A DNA stretch of 64,000 nt from Candidatus Latescibacterota bacterium. GTDB lineage: Bacteria > Latescibacterota > UBA2968 > UBA8231. The notes below the pieces were generated by a model, which saw nothing but the letters and a program-made list of their open reading frames with translations, was not told where the DNA came from and made no database searches. The position numbers and the translations under genes are program-made. The first letter of the stretch is position 1. Each line of letters starts with the position of its first letter. The DNA is taken from contig OZ241867.1 of assembly GCA_965203175.1 (NCBI GenBank), positions 4,960,001 through 5,024,000 of the forward strand, read 5' to 3'. Below are positions 37,105 through 46,098 of this stretch, in pieces.

Positions 37105-37932
37105 TTAAGACCACACGTAGATTTCGTCGTCGTCTTCGGCATAGCCAATGAAGACGGCGAGCACCACCCGCGGATCGTCCCCCTGTACTGCCGGGACCTC
37201 GTGGATGCAGCGAGTATTGAAGAAATACAAATCGCCCGGCTCAAGCGCGACCTCGCAGTGCTCCACGCCGTGCGCAGCCGCGTACTCGTGAAAACGGCCC
37301 TCGGCGATATACGGCTGTATCTCGTCAGTCCACAGGCAACGGTGCAACACAGCCTGTACTCCGGGACCCGCAGAATCCGCGTTCTGCACGCACAGCACGC
37401 CGGCAAATTGGTGGGTAAAGCGCGCCACCTCGTAATTGAACCGCTTTTCGCGCAGGACTACGTGGTCGATGTGCGGACTATAGGAGTGCCTCTCGTAGTG
37501 GATGCGAAAAATCGCCGGGCCGTACAAGCGCCCGTCGCGCTCACGCGCCGTCTTAACCTCCTTGTTGGAAGTCAACGCCTGCAAGTGCTGATAGAGCAGT
37601 TGCACCGGGTCGATCAAACCCTCAAAAAGGGTAGCAAAAAGCGCGTGCGTCTCCTCCGCATCCGCCAAGAATGCCTCTTGGTCTCCGCCCAAGTTACCGA
37701 GACTAGTACCGATGTCGATGCGCGAGCGCACGTCGCCTGGAGCGCGCAGCAATCCGCGCTCGGCAAAGCGCTCCATCAGCCGCTGACAGTCGGTTGGCAT
37801 GCAGACCTGGGGCAACAGGATCGCCGGTATATCCGCCCGCGCCAAGGCGCGAAGCGGATCGGCGCACTCGTCCGGCCCCACGGGCCGCCACAATGCACTC
37901 GCGGCGTTTTCTTCGTACGTTGTTCTCTGCAA
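37105..37932 (-). CDS. Fe(II)/2OG-dependent oxygenase
   Basis: HxD (PHIDH), GDLYFFN..IHEV..R; TTG start chosen from the AGGAG RBS at 37941-37945. Confidence 0.7.
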   Translation of the reverse strand: MQRTTYEENAASALWRPVGPDECADPLRALARADIPAILLPQVCMPTDCQRLMERFAERGLLRAPGDVRSRIDIGTSLGNLGGDQEAFLADAEETHALFATLFEGLIDPVQLLYQHLQALTSNKEVKTARERDGRLYGPAIFRIHYERHSYSPHIDHVVLREKRFNYEVARFTHQFAGVLCVQNADSAGPGVQAVLHRCLWTDEIQPYIAEGRFHEYAAAHGVEHCEVALEPGDLYFFNTRCIHEVPAVQGDDPRVVLAVFIGYAEDDDEIYVWS

Positions 37933-37945
37933 ATCTAAGACTCCT

Positions 37946-38962
37946 ATGGATAGCGTTACGCAAATCGCACTCGGCGCAGCCGTCGGCGAAAAAGTTTTAG
38001 GCAAAAAGGTTGGCAACAAGGCCCCCCTGTGGGGCGCGGCTCTCGGTATCCTCCCAGACCTCGACGTATTGGGCGCGGCCTTTCTGTCGGGGACCGACCA
38101 ATTGGGCTTTCACCGCTGGATGTCGCACTCCCTGCTCTTTGCGGTAGGCGGCGGCCTCGGGATAGGCTGGGCATTGTCTAAGCTACACCGCGACGCGAGC
38201 TGGCGCGAGTGGGCCACACTGGCGTTCTGGGCGATTCTCACGCACGCCCTCCTCGACTGCTTCACCGGGTACGGCACCCAATTGTTCAGCCCGTTCAGCA
38301 ATTACCCAGTCGCCTTCGGTTCCATCTTCGTCATAGACCCGCTCTATACCCTGCCCTTAGCCATTGGCCTCATCGCCGCCCTGTGCCAACGGCAACAGCA
38401 CTGGAGGCGGCGGCTCAACGCGCTGGGACTGTGCTTGAGCACGGCGTACTTGCTCGCCACCGCCGCAATCTGCCTGCACGTGCGCAGCACCTTTGCCCAC
38501 GCCCTTGCGGACCAAGGCATTGCCTACGAGCGCCTGCACGTCGTGCCGACCCCGTTCAACGCCGTGCTGTGGTCAGGCTTGGCTGGCGAGGACGATCACC
38601 TGTGGACCGGACTATATTCCCTGCTCGACGACTCGGCGATCCGCTTCCGCCGCATCGAGCGCAACACCCATCTCATCGCCCCCCAGCGCGACGACCCGCC
38701 AGTCCAGCGCCTGTTCTGGTTTTCTCGCGGGTACTATCGGGTGGAGCGCCGCGCCGACGCGCTCTACTTCTACGACTTGCGCTTTGGCCGCTCTGACTTC
38801 TATCTCGACTCCACCGGGACCTACTTCTTCGCGTTCCACCTGTTGCCGGATCCATCCCATCCTGAGCGCATCGCCGATCTCCAGCGTATCGGCAATCCGT
38901 TCAATGCCCTGCGCACCGATCAATCCCTTACGCGGCTCTGGCACCGCCTAACTGGTATCTAA
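37946..38962 (+). CDS. YdjM-like membrane-bound metal-dependent hydrolase
   Basis: MDSVTQ start, LPDLD, HRWMSHS, THALLD.FT.YG, IDP.YT, DLRFG. Confidence 0.88.
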   Translation: MDSVTQIALGAAVGEKVLGKKVGNKAPLWGAALGILPDLDVLGAAFLSGTDQLGFHRWMSHSLLFAVGGGLGIGWALSKLHRDASWREWATLAFWAILTHALLDCFTGYGTQLFSPFSNYPVAFGSIFVIDPLYTLPLAIGLIAALCQRQQHWRRRLNALGLCLSTAYLLATAAICLHVRSTFAHALADQGIAYERLHVVPTPFNAVLWSGLAGEDDHLWTGLYSLLDDSAIRFRRIERNTHLIAPQRDDPPVQRLFWFSRGYYRVERRADALYFYDLRFGRSDFYLDSTGTYFFAFHLLPDPSHPERIADLQRIGNPFNALRTDQSLTRLWHRLTGI

Positions 38963-39148
38963 GAAGCGATCCTGAAAATTCTCGGCGAGCCGTGTTAAGC
39001 AGGGTCGAGAGACCTTTCGCGGACGAGCCGCCCTTGCTCTAGCACCCAAGGGACGACACCCAGAGCTTTCAATTGCCTGCCTCCCTTAGGCTAAGTATAT
39101 TTTTCTCAACTTGCCTCTTTTTTTTGATAGAGTTATCGAGGCTCCCCC

Positions 39149-41203
39149 ATGCTACGCTTGATCTTCCTCCTCGCCCTATTCGTTAGTCTTTCCTGCTCCA
39201 AGGAGTCGCCGCCGACCGCGCCGGCTGCAAAAAGAACCTGCGAATTGTGCGACTTTTTCGGCTCCTTTCAAGATCAATCGGACGGGGATACTGCGTCCGA
39301 TAGTTCCTCGGTTTCGTCGCCTGACAGTTCCTCGATTTCGCCGCCTGACAGTTCCTCGATTTCGTCGCCTGACAGTTCCTCGGTTTCGTCGCCTGACAGT
39401 TCCTCGGCTTCGTCGCCGTCCGATGGGGTGTTCATCCCGGATGCAAATCTGAGGACGTATATCGAGCAGTTGCTAAATAAGAATCCCGGGGAGCCGATCA
39501 CGCAAGCGGAGATGCTTACGATACAGTACTTTATGGGAGGAATCGGTTTAGGGATTAAAGACCTTAGAGGTTTAGAAACAGCGAAGAATCTGCGATACGT
39601 ATATCTTTCTAACAATCAGATTTCGGATCTGACGCCCTTGGCCAACTTGGACAAGCTGCAAAACTTATTTCTTAACCAGAATAATATTTCAGATATATCG
39701 CCATTGATCGCGTTGCCTCGCTTGAAAACATTAGTGATTGGTGATAACCCTTTAAGTGCAGCTTCTATCCAAGAACATATCCCAGCCATTCAAGGCCGTG
39801 GGGTCAATGTAGATTTTTGGATTCCCTCTTCCTCATCGCCGTCCGATGGGGTGTTCATCCCGGATGCAAATCTGAGGACGCTTATAGAACAGGTGTTAAA
39901 TAAGAGACCCGGAGAGCCGATCACGAAGAGGCCCGGAGAGCCGATCACGCAAGAGGAGATGCTTACGATAGAGTACTTGAGGGGACACAGTAGAAGGATT
40001 AAAGACCTTCGAGGTTTAGAAACAGCGAAGAATCTGCGATCATTAGATCTTGGTTCCAATCAGATTTCGGATCTGACACCCTTGGCCAACTTAAACCAAC
40101 TGACCACCTTAGATCTTGGTTCCAATCAGATTTCGGATCTGACGCCCTTGGCCAACTTAAACCAACTGACCCGCTTAGAGCTTTCTGACAATCGGATTTC
40201 GGATCTGATACCATTAGTGAACTTAGACAAGCTGATATTCTTAAGTATTGGCATGAATGATTTTCTAGATATATCGCCGCTAACCGAGTTGCTTGACTTG
40301 GAAACTTTATCTCTTTGGATGAATGTCTTAAATGAAGTCTCCGTCCAAGAATACATCCCAGCTCTTCAAGGCCGTGGGGTCGATGTAGATTTTTCCCCTG
40401 TATATACAATTCCAAATGTGGAAAGTCCCTTCGATATTGAGTTAGTCTTTCTCGATGATTTCACAGAGTTAGAGCGGGAGCTGTGGCACCTGATTGCGAA
40501 GCGTTGGGAAGCGGTGATACAGATGGAACTTCCCGATTACGAGCTTTCTCGTGAGTTTTTTGCCTCGTTTGCTGGACGCCAGGTTAAAGTACCTGCCGGC
40601 GAATACATAGACGACCTACGAATTTATGTAACGAAGTTTGACCCAGACGAGTATGAGCTAGCATATGGGCGAAGACCAAATGGCATTGCGAGTCCCCTGC
40701 TATTGCGCTCAAGCTCTTTGCCGATTATTGGTCATGTTGGAATTAACCAAGAGAGAGCTACTCGACTCACTGATGCTTGGCATACAGGACGCCATGAAAT
40801 AGGACACGTTTTGGGAATTGGCAGCATCTGGTTCGACAGTGGGATGCTTCCTGATCTAGGTACCGTTATTCATCCTCATTTTGCCGGTCCGCAAGCGATT
40901 GCGGCTTTTGATCGAGCCGGGGGCACCAATTACCAAGGTGCGAAAATCCCAACAGAACTAGGAAGGCATTGGCACGGTGGCGTTTTGTCCGGTGAGCTTA
41001 TGTCAACAACCTCTAATGGATTTCGTCAACTTTCAGCCATAACGCTTGGAGCGCTGAGTGATCTGGGCTACACAGTTGATTTTTCCGCGGCCGATCCCTA
41101 CGAGCTCCACACAGGCGCATACGGATTCGCAAAACCCGTCGCCGACGCGGTGCCCTTATGCTCGTTTGAGGGACTGCCCGCGCCAGTCTATGTGGACGAT
41201 TGA
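39149..41203 (+). CDS. Lipoprotein with internalin-like LRRs and C-terminal leishmanolysin (M8)-like metallopeptidase
   Basis: Lipobox LSC; IPDANLR caps; LxLxxNQISDLTPL repeats; HEIGHVLG, HW, ELM Met-turn. Confidence 0.85.
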   Translation: MLRLIFLLALFVSLSCSKESPPTAPAAKRTCELCDFFGSFQDQSDGDTASDSSSVSSPDSSSISPPDSSSISSPDSSSVSSPDSSSASSPSDGVFIPDANLRTYIEQLLNKNPGEPITQAEMLTIQYFMGGIGLGIKDLRGLETAKNLRYVYLSNNQISDLTPLANLDKLQNLFLNQNNISDISPLIALPRLKTLVIGDNPLSAASIQEHIPAIQGRGVNVDFWIPSSSSPSDGVFIPDANLRTLIEQVLNKRPGEPITKRPGEPITQEEMLTIEYLRGHSRRIKDLRGLETAKNLRSLDLGSNQISDLTPLANLNQLTTLDLGSNQISDLTPLANLNQLTRLELSDNRISDLIPLVNLDKLIFLSIGMNDFLDISPLTELLDLETLSLWMNVLNEVSVQEYIPALQGRGVDVDFSPVYTIPNVESPFDIELVFLDDFTELERELWHLIAKRWEAVIQMELPDYELSREFFASFAGRQVKVPAGEYIDDLRIYVTKFDPDEYELAYGRRPNGIASPLLLRSSSLPIIGHVGINQERATRLTDAWHTGRHEIGHVLGIGSIWFDSGMLPDLGTVIHPHFAGPQAIAAFDRAGGTNYQGAKIPTELGRHWHGGVLSGELMSTTSNGFRQLSAITLGALSDLGYTVDFSAADPYELHTGAYGFAKPVADAVPLCSFEGLPAPVYVDD
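39299..39418 (+). repeat. 24-bp tandem repeat x5 encoding DSSS(V/I/A)S(S/P)P
   Basis: GACAGTTCCTCG(G/A)TTTCGTCGCCT-like units read directly. Confidence 0.9.
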
Positions 41204-41213
41204 CCAAACAGAA

Positions 41214-41245
41214 GCGGGCGCGAAGGATGCCGCCTCCGCGCCCGC
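41214..41245. terminator. GC-rich hairpin between convergent genes
   Basis: GCGGGCGCG...CGCGCCCGC inverted repeat just after the stop at 41203; no clear U-tract. Confidence 0.4.
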
Positions 41246-41368
41246 ACATGCCATCATCCTTTTGCTATTTTTCTGCTGGCGCGTTGACTGCACAACCAAT
41301 GGCTAGGATCAGCCGATAGCGATTAAAGTAACTAGACCCCAGCTACTCCCCATTCCTAATTCCCAATT

Positions 41369-42580
41369 CTAAAGCCCCCACGCCAGATCGACATCGCGCT
41401 GGTACGCGTCGATTTTGCCTTCCAGTACATCGGCAACCTGTACCACCTGACCAGACTGACCGGATTCATAGATGGCCTCGCTGACGGCCTTGCTGCTCAA
41501 GCCCTCCGCCGCGTCGATTTCCACCGGCCGCCCCTCGCTCAACGCGTCGATAAAATCCCACAACTCCAGCGTCACCCCGCCGGTGATCCCATACGGGAAG
41601 AGCGCGTCCTTTTCCTCCTCGCTCAGGGTCGCCAAATACATCTCTTGCAGCTCGGACATGCTGTGCGTGGTACCGTCGGCTAGCTGGCACTCGCCATTGG
41701 CCTGAAAGGCGGCCGGATGGAAGATGTCCGTGTCGATGATCGACCCCTTCTCGCCGCTCAGCGTCAGTTGGGTAAAGCCCTTGCCCGGCGCGCTGATGGT
41801 CCACGACCACGTGCCGATTAAGCCGCTCTTGAAGTTGAATATGCTGGTCCAAAAGTCCTCGGACGCGCTATTGACGATTTCCTCGCCTTGGCGATGGGGG
41901 CGCGGGTAGATCTGTTCAACTCGGGCGTACACGCTCTCGATCTCGCCAAACCAATAGCGCATGGTGTCAACCCAGTGCGCCCCGCTGTCCATGACCATGC
42001 CGCAGCCGCCTAACTTGCGATCGATGCGCCAGTGCCAATTGGGCACTTGGGCCGGATCGTTCCACCCCGCCTGCACGGCCCACCACATCTTCGGCGCACC
42101 CAACAAACCGTCGTTGAAAGCCCAGTGAATCGTGCGCTGCCCCAGGGCGCGGCGGCACTGCTCGGCCGTGGCGGCGACTCGCCCACAGCGCTGCGCCGTC
42201 TGCGCGATCTTCTTCGAGGCCCGCACCGTGACGCCAATTGGCTTTTCGACCAGCACGTTAACCCCGCCTTCTAGCAGTTCACAGGCCAGCACGTGATGCA
42301 AGCCGTGTGGGCTGCATATATCGGCCCCATCGAGCGCGTCTTCCCCGGCGAGCAATTCGGCCACGCTCGCATAAGCATTTACCTCCCAGCCAGCGAACCC
42401 ATTGATGCGCGCAGCAAAATCCTCGGCGCGCGCTAGCACCGCATCTACCGCCGCGACAATGCGGAACCGCGTCTCGCCTTTTTCCAACAGCTCTTCGTAT
42501 CCCCGCAAGTGCGCTCCGGCCATGCCGCCGCAACCCACCATCGCCAATCGGACGACCTCGCCCTTCTTAGTTTTGCCCAT
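41369..42580 (-). CDS. Gfo/Idh/MocA family oxidoreductase
   Basis: GCGGMA, EKP, DSGAHWVD. Confidence 0.9.
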   Translation of the reverse strand: MGKTKKGEVVRLAMVGCGGMAGAHLRGYEELLEKGETRFRIVAAVDAVLARAEDFAARINGFAGWEVNAYASVAELLAGEDALDGADICSPHGLHHVLACELLEGGVNVLVEKPIGVTVRASKKIAQTAQRCGRVAATAEQCRRALGQRTIHWAFNDGLLGAPKMWWAVQAGWNDPAQVPNWHWRIDRKLGGCGMVMDSGAHWVDTMRYWFGEIESVYARVEQIYPRPHRQGEEIVNSASEDFWTSIFNFKSGLIGTWSWTISAPGKGFTQLTLSGEKGSIIDTDIFHPAAFQANGECQLADGTTHSMSELQEMYLATLSEEEKDALFPYGITGGVTLELWDFIDALSEGRPVEIDAAEGLSSKAVSEAIYESGQSGQVVQVADVLEGKIDAYQRDVDLAWGL

Positions 42581-42638
42581 TTCTACCTCCACAGGTTGTA
42601 TGTAGCCCTATTATATCGCAAAGGAATAAGTCACTCAA

Positions 42639-43490
42639 TCACCACCCCAGCACCTCCGTCAAAAACGCCTCCACCCCAGCCTCATACGTGGCTGCATCCT
42701 CGCTAAAGGCCGAGCTGTGGCCGCCCCGCAGCTTGGTAAACGCCTTGGGGTGACTAGCAGCCTCGTACAGCCGCTGGCCGTGTTTAAATACAATAAACAT
42801 GTCGTCGCGGCTGTGGCTTACTAGCACCGGGCATTGTACCTGCTTTAGGTACTCCAGCGTGGGATACTTATAGCGGGCGAGCAAGCCGACCGGAAAGATC
42901 GGATACAAATCTCGGCCCAACTCGGGTATGGAAGTAAAGGTCTCCTCCAAGAACAGAGCCGCCGGCGTCTTGTCCCGTGCCAGCCGCGCAGCGATTGGCC
43001 CACCCAGCGATCGACCGATAATCGCAATTTGATCTGGGGCTAGCCCGGCTTCTTGCACCAAGTAGTTCCAAGCCGCCTCGGCATCGCGGTGCGTACCTTC
43101 CTCAGAGGGCGTGCCTTCGCTTTGGCCATAGCCGCGATAATCAAACAGCAGAATCCCCAAGCCCAACCGGTGCGCGTCCTCGGCCACTCCGAGCAGATGC
43201 GAGATGTTGCCTGCATTGCCGTGGCAAAAAAGCACCGTGCCTCGCGCATCGGCTAGCGGCAAGTACCACCCGGTCAGCCGCACTCCGTCGCTGGCGACTA
43301 GCGCGACTTCTTCGTAGTGCATTCCAACCGCGGCCGGCGTGGTCTCGATTGCGGCCCCGGGCACGTAGACCAGCTTGCTCTGGAAGATGTAGAGCGCAAT
43401 CCCAGCCAAGACGTAGAGCACCCCAACCAGCAGCACAATTCCCAGCGCAAGGCGTCCTATGCTACAACCAATGAGTGGTATAAAGGACAT
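42639..43490 (-). CDS. Membrane-anchored alpha/beta hydrolase (ABHD13/Bem46-like)
   Basis: N-terminal TM, HGNAGN, DYRGYG.SEG.PSE, GRSLGG, HS.DD, GGH. Confidence 0.88.
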   Translation of the reverse strand: MSFIPLIGCSIGRLALGIVLLVGVLYVLAGIALYIFQSKLVYVPGAAIETTPAAVGMHYEEVALVASDGVRLTGWYLPLADARGTVLFCHGNAGNISHLLGVAEDAHRLGLGILLFDYRGYGQSEGTPSEEGTHRDAEAAWNYLVQEAGLAPDQIAIIGRSLGGPIAARLARDKTPAALFLEETFTSIPELGRDLYPIFPVGLLARYKYPTLEYLKQVQCPVLVSHSRDDMFIVFKHGQRLYEAASHPKAFTKLRGGHSSAFSEDAATYEAGVEAFLTEVLGW

Positions 43491-43653
43491 CAGTATCAGG
43501 TCCTCCGACTAAGTAGAAAGTGAAAAGTGCCCGTCCGCTCCCAATGGGACACTCGCCACTGGCGATTCATGCTATAATTAGAATTATTGACATACCTAAG
43601 ACAAAAAATGCTAATTTAGAACCTAAGTACCTATCCCACCCCGAAAGATCCCC

Positions 43654-46086
43654 ATGCCTATCGGCATCTCATTTGCCCTCACCCTTGGTTTTGCCACTGC
43701 TGCCCTCGCCCAAGACGAAGGCTACCCCGACGGGACGCTGGTCCCCGAAGTCGATCTGGGCTTGCAGCCGACTTCACTGATTGTGCCCGAGCCCTTCCGC
43801 GGTGCCATACCCCAAGACTTGGTGCTCAATCTCCCTCCTGGCTTCTCGGCCCACGTCTTCGCCCACGAGGGCCTGCGCAAACCCCGCTTTATGACCTTTG
43901 ACCCCAACGGCGTGTTGCACGTGGCCAACATGGGCGCTAGCCAGATCGTCGCCCTACCCGACCGCAATCGCGATGGCGTCGCTGACGAGCGCATCGTCTC
44001 TCTGCGCGGCCTCGCAGAAGCCCACAGCCTATTGTTCTACAAAGGCGCGCTCTATGTCGCCGAGGAACACCAAGTCATCCGCGTGCGCGACACCGATGGC
44101 GACCTAGTATATGAACAAGAAGAAGTCGTCCTGCCCGACGTTCCTTGGGAGGGTTGGCACGATACCCGCACCCTCGTCGTCGATCGCCTCAACGACAAAA
44201 TGTATCTGTCGGTCGGCTCGCCCTGCGACCTATGCCGCATGGACGAGGGCTTTCAGGCTGTCGGCAACACCAACAGCTCCGTGCCTCACCACCCCGAGCG
44301 CGGCACCATCTTGCAATTTAATCCCGACGGCAGCGGTCGCCGCATATTTGCCACTGGCATCCGCCACGTCATCGGCATGGACTTCCACCCGCAGACCAAT
44401 GCGCTGTGGGCCAATCACAACGGCCACGACCTCGAAGGCCGCACTCGTCCGCCTGAGTGGATTGACATCATCGGCGACCAAGACTTTATGGGCTATCCTT
44501 TGGTCCACAGCCACCAAGTCTGGAGCGACTTTACCATTGATGGCTACGAAAAAGTACTGCCCATCACCCGCCAAGACAGCCTCCTCGCCGCCACCCAAAA
44601 ACGCCCAGTGGCCTTGGTACCAGCTCACTACGCGCCGATGGGCCTTCACTTCTATACCGGCGACCTGTTTCCCCCCCGCTACCACAATGCCGCCTTCGTC
44701 GCCTTCCGCGCCGGCAAAGCCAAGCTCTCGTCGCACCCCGGCTACCTAGTGGCCGCCCTCTTTAGTCAACCCGATGGTAGCGACGCCCGCATGGGCAGCT
44801 TCATCACCGGCTTTCAAGCCGGACAGACGCAAGGCGATGTCTGGGGCTTTCCCGTCGGACTTGCCAGCGACGCCGAGGGCAGTCTATACGTCACCAGCGA
44901 CAACCGCAATCATCTCGTCATTAAGATCACCTATAGCCCCATCGGCGGCTCGTGGGAACACCAGATACCCGACACCCTGTCCATCGGCGACGCGCTCCAA
45001 GTCCACGCCACAGTGCGCGTCGAACGGCTCATCCCCGACGGCGGGCCACCTCGCCTAATCGCAGACCTAACTTCCTTGGGCGGCCCGGCAGCTCTGCCGC
45101 TAGTCGCCCTCGACGACCAGACCTACCAACTCGACACCCGCTTGGAGACCGCCGACCTGCCCAAGGGCTTCTACAAAGTAGTCGTGCGCCTCGAACAGGA
45201 GGTCGATGGCGTCTTCCAAGGCATCGACTTTATCCACCCAATCACCCTCCTGCCGCCGGACTTGTCCGTCTTCGACGAGAGCGTAGCTGCCGACTGGCAA
45301 TTGGTCGGCAACAGCGGTGCCCAAATGCAGGTCACAGGCGATGGTCCCATCTTCTACGGCACCCGCGCCGTCGCTGTCGCAGCGGAGCCCAAAAACTTCT
45401 ATACCCCGTGGACCATTGAATTCCGTCCGACTGCTCCTGTCGATCCCCTCGGTTTTGCTGGTGTGCGCTTCGCCTTCCACCCCGGCGACATCGAACTGCC
45501 CAACTTTCCCATATTCGCCCTCTTCATCGACGGTCTCGGCGTGGATTTGGCGCGCGACCCCGAACAGTTCTACCTCGACTTTGCACGCCGCGAATGGCAG
45601 GTCATAGAAATCCCCTTCACGACTTTCGATCAGCCCAACTACTACGGCCCCGGTCTTCTCGATCAAGTGGACTCGATTGACGCCCTCCGCTTCGGGGGCA
45701 ATATGACGGGCACCTTCTACTTAGACGATGTGCGCCTGGTGACGCGCATTCCGGCCGCGCCGCGCGTGCCGACGGCCATCTCAGAAGTATCCGGCACGGA
45801 CCAACCTGCCGCCTTCGTCCTCGCCCAAAACGTCCCCAACCCCTTCAACAGCAGCACCACCTTCCGCTTCGCACTGCCGCAGGCAGCCAACATCGAATTA
45901 GCCATTTACAACCTCGCTGGCCAAAAGGTCGCCCGCCTCGCACGCGGCTGGCACGCAGCCGGGCACTACACGGCCCACTGGGACGGGCGCAACGACGCTG
46001 GGATGCGCTTGGCTACTGGTGCTTACATTTATCGCCTGCGCGCTGGTGAGCAGGTCCAGGTGCGCAAGTTGCTCTTGTTGCGCTGA
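43654..46086 (+). CDS. Secreted glucose/sorbosone dehydrogenase-like beta-propeller with CBM-like and FlgD/T9SS-type C-terminal domains
   Basis: GL.KPRFM, SVGSPCD, IFATGIR, AHYAPMGLHFY, GSLYVTSD; PNPFN..WDGRND tail. Confidence 0.8.
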   Translation: MPIGISFALTLGFATAALAQDEGYPDGTLVPEVDLGLQPTSLIVPEPFRGAIPQDLVLNLPPGFSAHVFAHEGLRKPRFMTFDPNGVLHVANMGASQIVALPDRNRDGVADERIVSLRGLAEAHSLLFYKGALYVAEEHQVIRVRDTDGDLVYEQEEVVLPDVPWEGWHDTRTLVVDRLNDKMYLSVGSPCDLCRMDEGFQAVGNTNSSVPHHPERGTILQFNPDGSGRRIFATGIRHVIGMDFHPQTNALWANHNGHDLEGRTRPPEWIDIIGDQDFMGYPLVHSHQVWSDFTIDGYEKVLPITRQDSLLAATQKRPVALVPAHYAPMGLHFYTGDLFPPRYHNAAFVAFRAGKAKLSSHPGYLVAALFSQPDGSDARMGSFITGFQAGQTQGDVWGFPVGLASDAEGSLYVTSDNRNHLVIKITYSPIGGSWEHQIPDTLSIGDALQVHATVRVERLIPDGGPPRLIADLTSLGGPAALPLVALDDQTYQLDTRLETADLPKGFYKVVVRLEQEVDGVFQGIDFIHPITLLPPDLSVFDESVAADWQLVGNSGAQMQVTGDGPIFYGTRAVAVAAEPKNFYTPWTIEFRPTAPVDPLGFAGVRFAFHPGDIELPNFPIFALFIDGLGVDLARDPEQFYLDFARREWQVIEIPFTTFDQPNYYGPGLLDQVDSIDALRFGGNMTGTFYLDDVRLVTRIPAAPRVPTAISEVSGTDQPAAFVLAQNVPNPFNSSTTFRFALPQAANIELAIYNLAGQKVARLARGWHAAGHYTAHWDGRNDAGMRLATGAYIYRLRAGEQVQVRKLLLLR

Positions 46087-46098
46087 GCGTCTAAACCC

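Noticed and set aside
36868-37938. Long antisense or alternate-frame ORFs (also 47332-48366, 49848-50867, 56018-57154)
   Set aside because: They overlap well-supported genes and have no motifs; expected shadow ORFs in GC-rich DNA.
38965-39110. Structured ncRNA in the intergenic gap
   Set aside because: Only short imperfect stems and no family motif I can recognise.
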